From: Octopus bimaculoides
Lineage: Eukaryota
Direction: 5' to 3'
Assembly (NCBI RefSeq): GCF_001194135.2
Contig: NC_068981.1
Span: 14,460,163-14,524,162 of the forward strand
DNA length: 64,000 nucleotides
This document shows positions 39,530 to 53,950 of this stretch, piece after piece (within the stretch, counting starts at the first letter, position 1; every line of letters begins with the position of its first letter). The translations under genes and the position numbers were made by a program. The notes under the pieces were generated by a model that ran no database searches, had not been told where the DNA came from, and saw only the letters and a program-made list of their open reading frames with translations.

Positions 39530-42500
39530 AGGCACAAAATAGATTAGTTGCGTAACTGTACGACAAAATATAGTAACTTTTCTCTTTTACGATGACAGTG
39601 TATTCACAACTGTATCATTAGCACGCAGGAACCTGTGAGAAGCATTGTTATGACATGTATCTCGTTAGTCAGAATGACCCAAACGTTTGAGCCTAACCCA
39701 AGCCGCTGGCTTTGTTTCTACATTCATCGAACAAGCTGCTGATTGATGTTTATATGTGCCATCCAATGAAAAACAGTTTGTTCGCTGTAGGTATAAATGA
39801 AGACAAAGGCTTGATTTAGACTCCAAAGTTTGGTTATTTCTGGCTCACGATGCACAAGGCGTCGAAACTCCGGCGAGCTAAAATCCTGGGCAACAATGAA
39901 TCAACTGGGTTGAAAACAGAGTCGTGAAAGAGGGAACTCAATGACTTAAATCACAGCGATGATTACATATTTTGCGTCTGGACCTGCAAAGACGCATTAA
40001 GAAAATGCAAATATTCGTTCCATATCACGCTCTACACAAATAACAAGGTTTTATATTTTCAATTTGTACTCCAAGAACGTTCTTTTAAAACTGCGTATAC
40101 AAATAAAATCAGATTGTGATGCTTTTAACATATTCAATATTTTGCTGTATCTCCTTATAGCTTGACGTTCGATGTGATGTACAACTTGACGAATATGCAT
40201 GAGGAGACGCTAGTGACACATTCCAACTAGAACTGAAGGTGAATCTAAGAAGATTGTAGAACAACTGTTTCTTTTCTGTCCATGTTCGAAGATAACGTTA
40301 GTGTGACTAAGGTGTTTGTAAGCAGTTGCAGCTTTTAAATTCTATGTTTTACCTACTTCATTTGAAGTTTACTCTCGCAACCCGAAAATTGATTCCTTGG
40401 AACCATCTGTGAAGAATAATGAAGAATATTTAAAATAAAATCCTATTGTTTAATTCTCATTATCTGCAAATTTGATTTTGTCTTTCATTTTATTCTCCTT
40501 TTTTTATGGAAATACTGTTTGTTGTTTGAACTATCATACACAACTTTTTCATGTTTATTTATTTTCGACATTTAGACGAAGGCCATCGATGATTATACTG
40601 ACCCACTGATCAGAGACCTTCCAACCTTATCCTTANNNNNNNNNNNNNNNNNNNNNNNNNNNNNNNNNNNNNNNNNNNNNNNNNNNNNNNNNNNNNNNNN
40701 NNNNNNNNNNNNNNNNNNNNNNNNNNNNNNNNNNNNNNNNNNNNNNNNNNNNNNNNNNNNNNATATATATATATTACTAAATAACGAGACCGTAATTTCT
40801 TTAAAAGTGTAACTGACTGTAAATAAAGCATTTCTATAAATATTTTTTGTTAACGATATCATTGTTTAAAATAATTGTTTTATATTATTAGAATAGTTAA
40901 GTTTTCTTAAATGCTTTTTTTGCATACGATAAACTATTTTTTTAGTTTTAGTTCCAATTCCTCATATTGAAGACAACAATATGAACCATCCTTATAAAAC
41001 AGTATAAAATTTCGTACACATTTAAAGCTGGACATTCACACAAGAATGTAACAAGGGAGTTGGGTCAGGGATATACTTTTGTACAACAACCACTGATTTA
41101 ACTCGTTTCTTTAAATATGAAAGCTCTTAATTATATTAATACAAGATTGAGTGATTGCTCTTTACGCGTAAAGGAACAGAAACCAGATTGTGAAACTTGA
41201 ACTTCATCGAAGTTTTAAAGGTGTCAAAATTGTACATGTACGTTTCTGATTTAATATGAATGTATTAGTAACTTCAATTAATAATTGTAAACCAGCTGTG
41301 CTGGAGAGGAGATAATCAAACTAAAAAGAATAAAGCAATTTCTTGTCTTGTGACACTGTTTATCGATACAGTTATTTTAGCAAGACAAGAGCTTTAAAGA
41401 GGTTTATCAAGGGGAAATTTGTACAATGATTGTACCAAATTTCAATGACTTTGAAAACGAACCTGAAGGATGTAGAATCACAAATCAGATGACTCCTATA
41501 AAGATTACAAATACATTCAAAATTATGTAAGCAAGTTTCAGAAACTAACGGAGTCAACACGCTACCGATCAGTTTTGTTCAAAGTCAAGAATTCATAAAT
41601 ACACAATTGCAGTAGCTATTTCCAGTTATTTATAACTGAAGCGGTCGACCAAAACAATCAATCTTATCGAGTACTTCACTAATATTTATTCAGTCAACCG
41701 CAATCACTGTGGGTCCAGCATATCCTTTTCAAAATACATTAACGATTTTGTGATGAGAATATATCGTAAATAGCATCATTAAGCCAATGTCAAATTTTAT
41801 AGATTATGTATAATCTAAGATTTCTGATTTATATATTAAGAGTTTCCAAATGTCAGAGATTCAAGTCATCGGATTAGATTGTGTATGTACGTGCATACGA
41901 TTCGTTTGTATATCTATATAGAAGAATTGTTAAAAACGGAAAGCAATGCCTTAAAACGTTTGCTCTGGTTGTTCACGTTCAAAGTTCAAAAGACTCTGAG
42001 GTCAATTTGGACACTCATCCATTCAGGGACATTAAAATACAGTGCTTATAAAATACTGGGGTTAATGGTATCAACTAATCACCATCTCTTAAAAATGCTG
42101 GCCTACTGTTTATCTTAGAAAACATTAATGCGTTTGTGCTTCAAATTTTAAGACAACTTACTGTTATCTACTTTTCAAATATCTTCTCACTATCGAACTC
42201 GCATTTTTTTTCTTTTGTCTTGCATTGAACATCTTCAATAAATGCATTGTCAAATTCCTAAGCAGGGAATTTGAATCCTTTGGTATATAACATTGCTGAA
42301 ACCAGTGTTTTTTATTCTAAACTTTTATCATCTAAGAGTCTTCAGGCATATCCTACATAATTCTCTCTTTTGTCCATCACAGAAATTTGAGAAGAATACC
42401 AAACAAATTAACAGAAAAATACAAATATGCGTTCCATTTACAGTATTATCGATTTTTACAAAAAGAAAGAACTTGGTATATAGACTGCATCTCTATAGAT

Positions 42501-43477
42501 ACTTCTAACAATGTCATCTCACAGGGAAACATGAGAAAAATAGAGGATTAATTATTTATTTAAATGTGTTGTATTTTCATGTTATATTCTAACAAAGAAT
42601 GCTGTTGAATGGCAGACACAGCAGAACGAGGGATTATAAGATCGTCGCTATTTGTTTACTTGGATCTCCACTCTCATTAACAAACACCAGAATCAACTTC
42701 CGTGGTCTTGCATTGCAGATCAATAGAATGAGTCCAGTCATGTACAGAAGCAAAATCAATCAACCATAACCACGATGCACATTTGTGTAAATCAATATTG
42801 CATATGCAGACACTAATATACAGACTCATAAACAAACACACAATATTCAAGGTCTTGTGTCTGTTCATTGTACAGAAATCCATATTTCCTTCTTCATCAA
42901 AAATGGTGTGTGTGCGTGTGTGTGTCTGTGTGTGTGTGTGTGTCAAAAATGGTACTGCGTCCAGCAGAATGCTTCACGCAATTGAAATGCAATTTCTTAC
43001 GTTCTAATATTCTATTGTACCGTTGACTAATTTGACATTTGGGAGTTGATGAGGATACTATAAGAATATTTTGATGGTTTCTTAAAGAATTCCAGAACGG
43101 CAAATGGTAACCCACATTAAACCTGGTGTCTAAGAAATCACGTTTATTATTGATGGAGAAGCATACTACCTACAATCTATGACACAAACATAATGTCAGT
43201 ATGATTGAATCTCCTTCAAATTATCTCAATGAGAACATTGCATACGTCACCTAAAACATCTTATGTAACGTGTTCGCTTCTGTAAAATATCTGCGTATCA
43301 AGCTGAGACTAACTTAATTTATATAATTTCTAGACATATGTACCATTACACAGATATATGAATTTACAATAAGCCTTAACAGTTTTCTTCACTAAGTTGC
43401 AGCTATGTACTCCTCAAAACGTTATAAACTAGTTATCATTTCTAGGGCATCACATTTATTCTAGAAATACTTTACCA

Positions 43478-43509
<32 letters not shown>

Positions 43510-44901
43510 NNNNNNNNNNNNNNNNNNNNNNNNNNNNNNNNNNNNNNNNNNNNNNNNNNNNNNNNNNNNNNNNNNNNNNNNNNNNNNNNNNNNNNNNNNN
43601 NNNNNNNNNNNNNNNNNNNNNNNNNNNNNNNNNNNNNNNNNNNNNNNNNNNNNNNNNNNNNNNNNNNNNNNATATATACATATATTGTTGTACTTGGGGA
43701 TGGTCATGTTGCCAGTTTAGGGGGTTCATCAGACAACGTGTACATGGGTTCTACGCAAGCTATTTTAACACAGGCAGGGATTTCGTAGGCTGAACGTCAA
43801 CTATGTCTAACGTGTTGATACTTGTAATTATTATATATCTAAAAAAAAAAAAAATTAAATGTCTGTTATTTCTTACTCAATCGATCTTTTGCAATTTTCT
43901 CATCGCTTTCTGCCGGAGCGAGGGTCACACCTGCGAAATGATCGCCACCATTAAACACAAACACACACACACACGTGCGTGTGTGTATGTGTGTGTGTTA
44001 CCATAACAATCTCATATTATTCATCAGTAATTTTAGGATGAATTGGCGATATAACGCGTATATACAGCAGTTTAGTCAAGCAGTTTAGTCAACGAATCAC
44101 CTATTTTATATATTTCAATTTTCAGAAATCTAAGTTAACTGTCTACATAGTCGTTAAATGAATAACAAGCATGAATAACATTGGACTTCAATATATGCTA
44201 GACCCAACGGTACCATGGCGCAACGCAGCAAAGTTTATTGGCATAATAGCAAGTCATAATACTTTAAAATCTTGGTTTTCCTCGAAAATGAAAAGGGTCG
44301 AGAGAGACCTTGAGTTAGTAAATTGAAATTCAGCTATGTACGAAGGTTGATTTCAATAGTTGTGCATTGTTATAACTTTAAATTTATGATATAAATGCGT
44401 TTCCGTATGTATGTCAAAAAGTTAACTATTACAATTACGTAAGGGTGCAAAGTTAGAGTAGAAACCTATCAAACCAGTATATAAGCAGTGCTTAGAGCGT
44501 TATAATTTAGTATGTCTAAATTATAATACTCTCTCATATATATATACGCGAACTGTTATTAAGCAGTTTCAATTTACCAAATGGCCCGAGAGCATTATGG
44601 AAAATCATTACAGACAAATTTTCGATGACGAAGTTGTATGATCACAGGTTTAATTAAGGTTACTATTTACTCCACCATATGTCTTGAATAATATGTGTCA
44701 GTGTGTCTGTAGACGTAAATGTGCATATCCAAAATGGAGACGAATACCATTCTGCCGTGTGATCGGCTTCAAAAATTGAAATATTAAGCTAATTTTCGTC
44801 GCATGAAACCAATGGTAGCCTTTACACAAAAGCAAATAAATTCTTCCACCAATGCACTATTGAGCACTCCTTCTCGTTGTTTGACATTTACCTGTGTGTG
44901 C

Positions 44902-44934
<33 letters not shown>

Positions 44935-44940
<6 letters not shown>

Positions 44941-45200
44941 GCAGTTCTATATTTAAGAGATGAGAAATGTACATTATTTACATTTTTCCTCATCTTGTCT
45001 GTGGTTAACACAACGCTTCGGCTCATATACACTCCACCCTTCATCAGGTGCCTTGGAGAGATTTCGAACCTGGGTTCTCATTCCTAAGGTCTTATTATTA
45101 TAATATTATTATTATATTATTATTATTTTTTTTATTCAAGTCACTGCCTGGAATCTAACTCGGAATCTTGGGTTTAGTAGCTCGCGCTCTTAACCACTAC
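44935..45200 (-). mobile_element. Composite tRNA-derived SINE (family D): tRNA head, (AAT)n, then a tail with a hammerhead-like motif
   Basis: Minus strand GTAGTGGTTAAGAGCGCGAGCTACT (A box) ... GAGTTAGATTCC (B box), (AAT)n at ~45090-45135, then a unique tail. The extreme 5' end is cut by the gap at 45201. Confidence 0.75.
45007..45052 (-). ncRNA. Degenerate minimal type I hammerhead ribozyme-like motif (Penelope type)
   Basis: 5'-GGCAC CTGATGA A GGGTG-GAGTGTATAT-GAGCC GAAG CGTT GTGTT-3'. Stem I GGCAC/GTGTT pairs (two G-U), and the CUGAUGA core is intact. Stem II is partly paired, GAAA reads GAAG, and stem III is a loopless (A>G)CGU palindrome with a GUU triplet. Probably inactive in this copy. 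Confidence 0.45.
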
Positions 45201-45800
45201 NNNNNNNNNNNNNNNNNNNNNNNNNNNNNNNNNNNNNNNNNNNNNNNNNNNNNNNNNNNNNNNNNNNNNNNNNNNNNNNNNNNNNNNNNNNNNNNNNNNN
45301 NNNNNNNNNNNNNNNNNNNNNNNNNNNNNNNNNNNNNNNNNNNNNNNNNNNNNNNNNNNNNNNNNNNNNNNNNNNNNNNNNNNNNNNNNNNNNNNNNNNN
45401 NNNNNNNNNNNNNNNNNNNNNNNNNNNNNNNNNNNNNNNNNNNNNNNNNNNNNNNNNNNNNNNNNNNNNNNNNNNNNNNNNNNNNNNNNNNNNNNNNNNN
45501 NNNNNNNNNNNNNNNNNNNNNNNNNNNNNNNNNNNNNNNNNNNNNNNNNNNNNNNNNNNNNNNNNNNNNNNNNNNNNNNNNNNNNNNNNNNNNNNNNNNN
45601 NNNNNNNNNNNNNNNNNNNNNNNNNNNNNNNNNNNNNNNNNNNNNNNNNNNNNNNNNNNNNNNNNNNNNNNNNNNNNNNNNNNNNNNNNNNNNNNNNNNN
45701 NNNNNNNNNNNNNNNNNNNNNNNNNNNNNNNNNNNNNNNNNNNNNNNNNNNNNNNNNNNNNNNNNNNNNNNNNNNNNNNNNNNNNNNNNNNNNNNNNNNN

Positions 45801-45829
<29 letters not shown>

Positions 45830-45831
<2 letters not shown>

Positions 45832-45970
45832 CGCAAGAGTGGTTGCGTGGTACGCAGCACGCCTACCAGCCACATGGTTCTTGGTACAGTGGTACTTTAG
45901 GTAAGTGTCTTATAATATAGCCTCGCGCCGACCAAAACATTGTGAATGGAGTCTGAAAGGAGCCTGTTGT
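45830..45970 (+). mobile_element. SINE family A, diverged 5' fragment
   Basis: GGCGCAAGAGTGGTTGCGTGGTA...GCCACATGGTTC...AAGTGTCTT...ATAGCCTCGCGCCGACCAAAAC matches the family A head. Confidence 0.7.
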
Positions 45971-45974
45971 ATAT

Positions 45975-46021
<47 letters not shown>

Positions 46022-49000
46022 NNNNNNNNNNNNNNNNNNNNNNNNNNNNNNNNNNNNNNNNNNNNNNNNNNNNNNNNNNNNNNNNNNNNNNNNNNNNNNN
46101 NNNNNNNNNNNNNNNNNNNNNNNNNNNNNNNNNNNNNNNNNNNNNNNNNNNNNNNNNNNNNNNNNNNNNNNNNNNNNNNNNNNNNNNNNNNNNNNNNNNN
46201 NNNNNNNNNNNNNNNNNNNNNNNNNNNNNNNNNNNNNNNNNNNNNNNNNNNNNNNNNNNNNNNNNNNNNNNNNNNNNNNNNNNNNNNNNNNNNNNNNNNN
46301 NNNNNNNNNNNNNNNNNNNNNNNNNNNNNNNNNNNNNNNNNNNNNNNNNNNNNNNNNNNNNNNNNNNNNNNNNNNNNNNNNNNNNNNNNNNNNNNNNNNN
46401 NNNNNNNNNNNNNNNNNNNNNNNNNNNNNNNNNNNNNNNNNNNNNNNNNNNNNNNNNNNNNNNNNNNNNNNNNNNNNNNNNNNNNNNNNNNNTCTTTAGG
46501 ACCAAACCACAAATACTTGAGCAAATAAACTGTTAAAAAATAATAAGGAAATGTTTTAAAGCAAGCAAGACGTATGTGTTTGTTGTTCGGACCCAAATAC
46601 TTGACAAAGAAAAACAGGAAAAGATGAAAAGTCTAAGAAGAAAACAGAAAGAGAAAAACCTTCTACCGAACGAAATTGCAGGTATAGCTACTTTTATGGC
46701 TCCCTAACTGAAATGATAGACGGAAATAGCGGTGGGAGGATTTGTTGTTTGGCAACTCAGTGCTGGAACCTAAGGGGTGATAATGCGTGGGAGTCATCGT
46801 GGGTGTGAGTATTATGGGTGCATGTCTATCTTGAAGTAGTGTGTGGGGAAGTTGATTTTACACTACACACTTGGAAGTTCGATGCAGTATATGAGGATTC
46901 TAGAGGTCCAGGGTAAATTACCTCTCCTATAGAACATTCTCGCAAGAATAGGAGTCTGTGCATTCAAGGTCTACTCCGTGTATCAAACTTCAGCCCAAAC
47001 TGCTATCAAGAGGTTTTTGCGCTGCAACAATTATGCGCAAGTTCTTACTTTTTTACAATCATAAAAAGCTGTGATTGCTTTACTAAACTGAGTGTAAAAG
47101 TAAAATTATACCTTAATATCTGCCAAACTGAAGTGTACACATACTCCTAACTAGCGATATAATCAACTATTTTCCGTTAACATGGGTGCTGCGATGTTGC
47201 TGTCTCATGTCTATAAAACCGAAGCTTTTTCGAAACAGAACAACGTTTATTCAATCTAAATACTTTATAGCTCAATCCAATCTAACAGCCACAAACTCGT
47301 TACTGTAGACTAATACATTTCTGTTTACAGCTTCTCACCCACATCTGCGGTACATACAAATTGTAGCATTCTTTAGAGCTGTCTCTCTTCTCCTGGCCAC
47401 TTCCAGCTCACTCTTAATATTGAATATCACAGCACTTATTAACATTGCACTATTTCCTAGCTTAGTATCTCCACTATTCACCGAGGTGTAAAATTCTTCC
47501 TCAACCTAGTTTACTTTGTTTGTCATGGGATGGTCTAGGAAAAGATGTATCTCAAAGAGCGATATTTTTTCAATTATGGCGAGACAAACATTTCGCAGTT
47601 CATAGGAACCAACGCTGAACTACACGGCTGTCATATCAATAATTGCTTTGGGATCACATTTCATACCTTGAAACAACTCAAAACCCTCATCACATATGAA
47701 TTCACGTCTCTCAGTTTGATTTCACTGTCTCTCTCACTTTTATAAATTTTCTATATTATGTATCCCACGGCCAATACAACCTCAACAATTCCTTTACTTT
47801 ATATAAAACTTAACAATTTCCCTCCTGATTCAGTTCACATTTTATCCCACGAAACAAAACCCAAATCCATAACTCACCACGTCTCTTTCTCTCACTCCGC
47901 AACTTCGAGCAAATTTAAGACTCACTCTCTACGCATTTTTCCTCATTTCACTCTGTGGCAAACGCCAAATTTTATTCGAAGCCAAATGCACCGCTTTCTC
48001 AGATTCGACTGTAATTCCAACCTCTTACTCCGTATTTGATTTATTACAGACTGCTCCAATTTCCTGCACTTATTACTCCGTTACTTTAAATTTTCAATGA
48101 ACCATTCATTCCGGCACATTTAATTTTGACATTATTTTCTAACCATTCTTTGATCAATATCTACTTTAAAATTATGCTTGATTTATTAGTCCACAGCTTC
48201 TAATACATCCACGTATCCTACTCACCTTTCCCACTACTCACTCGAGACACTATCATATAAATTCATGCTGAACACAACAACATTTAAAAGAATTGGGTTT
48301 TTTGTTTATTACATCACGGTTCGAATCACATGCACTGCCAAATAAACCATCTACTGTATTAAACGCTAACTAAAACAATCCTGCAATGTATAAAACAATT
48401 TCTTTTCGGGAAATGGTCACATCTATAGTACTGATCAAAATCAAAAAGTGATGCGATAGCGTAGCAACCCCTGATGGACAAACACTTGTTACTTACAAAC
48501 CAAAATAGAAAAGTTCCAGGCACAGTATCACAGAAAATCATAGAAAGACCTAATCCCTATCATAGTGGGTGCAGAATCACAGAAATGTTTCCAAAGTAAT
48601 TCATACCCAACTTTTGTATGTAAGCACTGCATCAATAGCATTTGGGATATTAAGAAATTTGGAAAACCCTTATCTTAAACATATCATCTAAATGCTTCCA
48701 GAGTCACTTGACTAAAACTATCCGAATACAATCTAATACTTTTCTATATACTTTATTTTTTGTTTGCTATTCGCACTTCTATCATTGCTCAGTCTATATT
48801 TCTCTGCGTTATATTCCCTCATAGCAGGAATATTCCGTTCCCCTGCATACAAAATGTTATATCCTTGCCCGCCATTAACGATTGATAAGGCATTGACATT
48901 TTACGATTTAAATCTCAATGTCTTACAACATTTTTAGTTTTCGCACAGCATAAAACAATATCAAAATATAGTTCTTCCCAATTTCGTAAAAGTACCGAGT

Positions 49001-49277
49001 GAGAGAGAGTGGGGATAACCATCATAACTAAAGCTATGGAAATGTAAAACATTTCGAGGAAAGCGAGATATTTTTTTTCTGATTAGTTTCCATAATTTTC
49101 TAATAAAATGCAGAGATCAACAGTAGTTGAACAAGAGTTGCTTTTCAACCTTTTCACATGTTATTCGCTTGCATAGTTTTACACATACAAATAACTTTTT
49201 CTACAAATCAGTAATATTTTTCGTCGTCATAAGATATATANNNNNNNNNNNNNNNNNNNNNNNNNNNNNNNNNNNNN

Positions 49278-49308
<31 letters not shown>

Positions 49309-52300
49309 ATACGTGTTCCTTTATATCTTTCTATGTAGGCTTGTATATGGCCTTTCGATTGCTTTACATTTTAGTCGGATACATGAAGGATAGTCGGGTC
49401 TTTCAAATATTTTATCTTGTTTCTTTCTTTACGTGTCTTAGATTTACGTTGTTCTGTTGACTGCTTAAGTATGTTACTAAATTTATTTTCAGTCATACGA
49501 ATTTCTGATAATCAGTCTCACTTTCTTTGTGTAAAATTATTTGGAGCATATACTTTCAAACGAATTTCGTCAAAGCATGTAATTTTGATCAGAATTTTAT
49601 CTTGGAATAATAGCTTTGAAGCGAATATTCCCCATACACTAAGAATTTTAAAGACGTAACTAAATTTAATGAACAGAAAATTATCCCATGTTACACGTAA
49701 GGTTCTCGAAATATTTAATAACCTTTGTCGTTGACGATAACTTAAACATAAGCCCTTAGATGAAGATGACGTTAGAAAACAATTGCCCATTTGCAAGAAA
49801 ATATACACAAGAAATTGACCAAACAAACGTATTAAAATACAACGAAATCAAACACAGAGGGACGAATATAAAATATAGTCAGTTATCGTAGTTCTCGTCT
49901 GTCAATTAATGTAGTATGAAAGTCGGGTTGTGTGAAAATACAACAAATACTGAAATACACCAAAGACTTAACAAAAATTGATTCATCTTTTCTACGTTCC
50001 TCGACACATATAAAGGAAGGAGATAATTGTTATAAAGGTATATCTCTTCTAGAGATTGTGATACGTGCTTAAATCCCTTAAACAGTACAATATTTTAATT
50101 TGTGTTAATATTGATAACTGAAGATATGACAGATTTTGAAATTACGGGCATGGCTACGAACAATATCAACGAAAGATAACGTCTTACAAATGCTGTCCAC
50201 ATCATTTTCGTTTTTAGAATGACTTTCTCCACAAATTTATATATGACGTTTATCGCTATGCATATAGTTTTCAATTCAGTTGGATGAAATTAAAAAGAAC
50301 GATGTCTAACAATTGTATTTCTTTACGTTTCCGAGAAAATATTACCTGTCAATAATGTAGTACTTAGTTTTCTGCAAATTCATGTTTTCTCTACTGTTAA
50401 ATGGAATATTGTGGGTGACTACATGGTGCAACTATAACATTTACAAATTAACAATAATGCCAATAAAGTTTAAGCTTCAACATTTTAAATATATTTAACG
50501 CACTCTATCTCTTACATTTAAAACAAGACTTTAAAAATATAACTAATAATATTTTGATCCTAATCAGATAAAAATCTCAGAAACCACTCAAATGATTTGC
50601 AGCCTTAATTGCTAATAACTAATGCAAAGTCGACATGGAATTGTTTAAAACAAAGGAATAGGAAAATAATAAGAAAAAAATTGAACATACCTGTCGGTGG
50701 ATTTGCAAACAGTTCGAATTCTTTTGTTTCCCAATAGCAATGCTACGGAGAGAAGGCGATTGATATAAATGATTACACACACATGCACACACACACGCAC
50801 ACACACACATACATACACACATGCGCGCGCGTTTAAATTAGGAAGTCCTGTCGCATATTTGACACAATCACTTTGAGCGTAATTCTTCAATAGCTATGGT
50901 AAGTTAAGGATTAATGTTTATACATTAGTAGGTAAATTTTGAAAGGTGTTCATACCAGACGGATACCAGACATTGTATTTGCTATGATTAGCAAAGGTTA
51001 TCTTCATCCGTCGATGGAAATGTAACTTGAAATGTCTGCAAATGGAAATGATATTTTAGCCAGCTTCTCACCTTATCTATTGCAGGTTACCTTCGATCTG
51101 GATGACCAAATTCTGTCAATACTGCGCTCCTGTAAACCGTATTTGAGAATAGTCCAAGGTAAATTGCACGAGAGTGAGCAAAAGAGTTTAAATGCCACAT
51201 TGTTTAGAAAAAAAACACGTATTAAGGTCATCTCTACAGATTTTCCATACAAATTATAGCGACTATAGATTTTCCAGTGTCCCTCCAAGTCATTCATAAA
51301 AATACCTTCCACCGATTGCTTCTCAGTTTAATGAAAGTGTTACTCTCTACTCGTCATCGGATAGTATACTTGCTAACTAACCTTTCCTGTGTATAATCAC
51401 CAAACGTTATAAAAGTAGGTTGCCTATAATCATCTCTAGCAAAGCGACAATGTTTAACCTCCAGTGAAAAAGAAAACTCAAAATTTAAACCAGGACAGCT
51501 TACGAAAAGAGTTATGCTTCTCTATAAACACAGTTATATGACACTGTCTCAAATGGTGGTCTATGTCAGTCAGGTGCTATGATACTTGGTTATCCTATGG
51601 TGAATCTGAAATCCCTATGGAATTTATATGATTCATGAAATAATTTGTCAGAGATTCCCTTTAAAATATTCAGTAAAATCTTAACAACTAAAGATTGATT
51701 GTGTCATTTATTCTAATTGGCTCATCTTAGAAAATTACTACTATATTCTATTGTAATTTGTAATGTTTACATGAAGATTGCATCAATAAGAAATATTCAT
51801 GTGATTAACAGATTAACAACTGGCGATAATAACTATTTCGCTTTATGTACATAATTTTTATTTTCAAACATCAGGTGTTGGTGACTGCAGCAAGAAAAAT
51901 AGAATGAAATAATGTGGTGATACTCGAGAAAGCTGTAGCTAGATGTTGAATTTATTGATACATGATTTAGTGAGATTTAGTTGTTGTCACACAATAATGA
52001 TATGCTTGGAAGGGGAGAGAGACAGAGAGGGAAAAAAAAAAGAATGTGCGATATAGGAAAAGAGAAAGTGAGAGATTCGGATCGTAAGTTGGGGTGAATT
52101 TAGTGTATAGCTAGCTATTTTATAAAAGACTTCGACTTAATATCAATAAAAGAAATACTGTGTTTATAAACCAGTGATTGCCGTGCGTCGGTTAGTCAGC
52201 CTTTGTCAACAGCACATCCGAATGTGAAAATTCTATCAACGTATGACATTCCCCACATTATTATTGGTTCTTTTTTCATTCAGAATTTCAAATATATACG

Positions 52301-53760
52301 AATATGTTTCCCAAACGATAAATGAGGTTCTTTGATGTTCTTGCTTTTCTTAAGGATGTTAGTGTTACGAGTGTAATGAAACAGCTCAAACGTGAATGGA
52401 AAGCGTACGGATGTTATATAGTGAGAACTGACCTTTTGTTCTCTGATATTTCTTCGCTCGCTACATCATTAATCATTTCTTTATAAAACCACTAGTCATC
52501 AAATTTATCGGAGAAAGGGGTTTAGAAAGTATAAAGTTCGTTTTATAAAGTTTGATAGTTAACTGATTTCAGTGATATGAAATATCTACAAACGAATCTA
52601 AAGTTGTGGTCGCAGAACGGATGTGGATTGCAGCTATCTTTGCTTCTCAAAACTTCACACATAAATGCCAAGACATTTTATTTAGTAGGGTGATATTAAT
52701 ACTTGATTCGAATGCTTCAAGAAACTCCCTTATCATGAATATATTATTTAATGAATTCTATATTTTTTTTTGTTTTTACTGTTAAAAAATATTTGCTGTA
52801 CTTAAAGGAAGCCTGAAATTAAGTAACACACCTTAACAGAAATAGGGTACAACTGCATCCGATGACACATTGTGCCTACATTGCTTTAATAACGAATATA
52901 ATCGATAAACAATAGACAGAACTGCATAGGTGTGAGTGCTAGATTGATTTTCTCGTGAACATTTCAACGTTTCAATTGTATCATGTTTGATTGTTATTGC
53001 AATGTTTTCGGGGAAAAAATAAATAAAAAGAGAAAATTGGCAATATTCTTCTTGTCAAAAGATTTGTTTAATTGGATGTTTATGTATTGCAACTGTTCTT
53101 TTTTTTTTTTTTTTCCTTAATTGAAACATTTTCTACTGATGACATCTTCATTCAGTTGTCATTGAAAAGAAAATTGTTATTGCTCTAAATATTTAATAAT
53201 TCGTCATTTTTTGTAATGTTTAATTATATTTTATTTGATTTACATTGTTTAATTTTAAATATTACTTTTGTTATTGTTTTGGACAGTTTAAATAAAGGTT
53301 CGCAAATCATTTTTCTTTATTTAAATGACGCTGCATTATAGGAAAAATATAATTTGTTGTGTTTATATTATGGAAATGGTTTCAGTGTGAGAATCATGAC
53401 AGCGCGATGTGTGTCAGAAGAATGAAATCATCATCTAACACTATATAATCGAAGTCACGAAATTAACTTGTCGAAACCTTATTTCTGATACCAGGAACTT
53501 CAGATTTCTCATGAATAATATCAAGCTTTTACATTCAGCCTGGGGAAAAAAATGCGTTTCGGTAGATCAGGAAATGCACTGTAGTTATTAATCTCAAAAT
53601 AAACATTGTTTCATTTTAAACTCCTTCTTCGTTGTTATTGCTTTTAACACCCCCGGTGCAGGCGGAATTAAACTCGGCTCATTGGTGTTGATAAATGAAC
53701 TGTGCAACTAAAGCTGTGTTGCAGTGATCAGATAAAAGAAAATCTCAATATGATTATCAA

Positions 53761-53950
53761 GGCGGCGTGCTGGCAGATTCGTTATGATTAGCGGTGTTTC
53801 ATCTGCCGTTACGTTCTGAGTTCAAATTTTGCGGAGGTCTACTTTGCCTTTCATCCTTCCGGGGTCAATTAAATAAGTACCAGTTACGCACTAGGATCGA
53901 TGTAATCGTCTTAATCGCTTTGTCTGCCCTTATTCGTTCCCTCTATGTTT
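53761..53950 (+). mobile_element. tRNA-derived SINE (family B head)
   Basis: GGCGGCGTGCTGGCAGA...ACGTTCTGAGTTCAAATTTTGCGGAGGTCTACTTTGCCTTTCATCCTTCCGGGGTC. Confidence 0.82.

Noticed and set aside
45130-45200. tRNA-like sequence with A and B boxes
   Set aside because: No acceptor stem closure and followed by a SINE body; it is a SINE head, not a tRNA gene.
51086-51158. Plus-strand exon-like segment (TTGCAG|VTFDLDDQILSILRSCKPYLRIVQ|GTAAAT)
   Set aside because: No neighbouring plus-strand exons or recognisable domain, and the context (CAGACGGA repeats, GACCTT-like motif) resembles a common DNA repeat.
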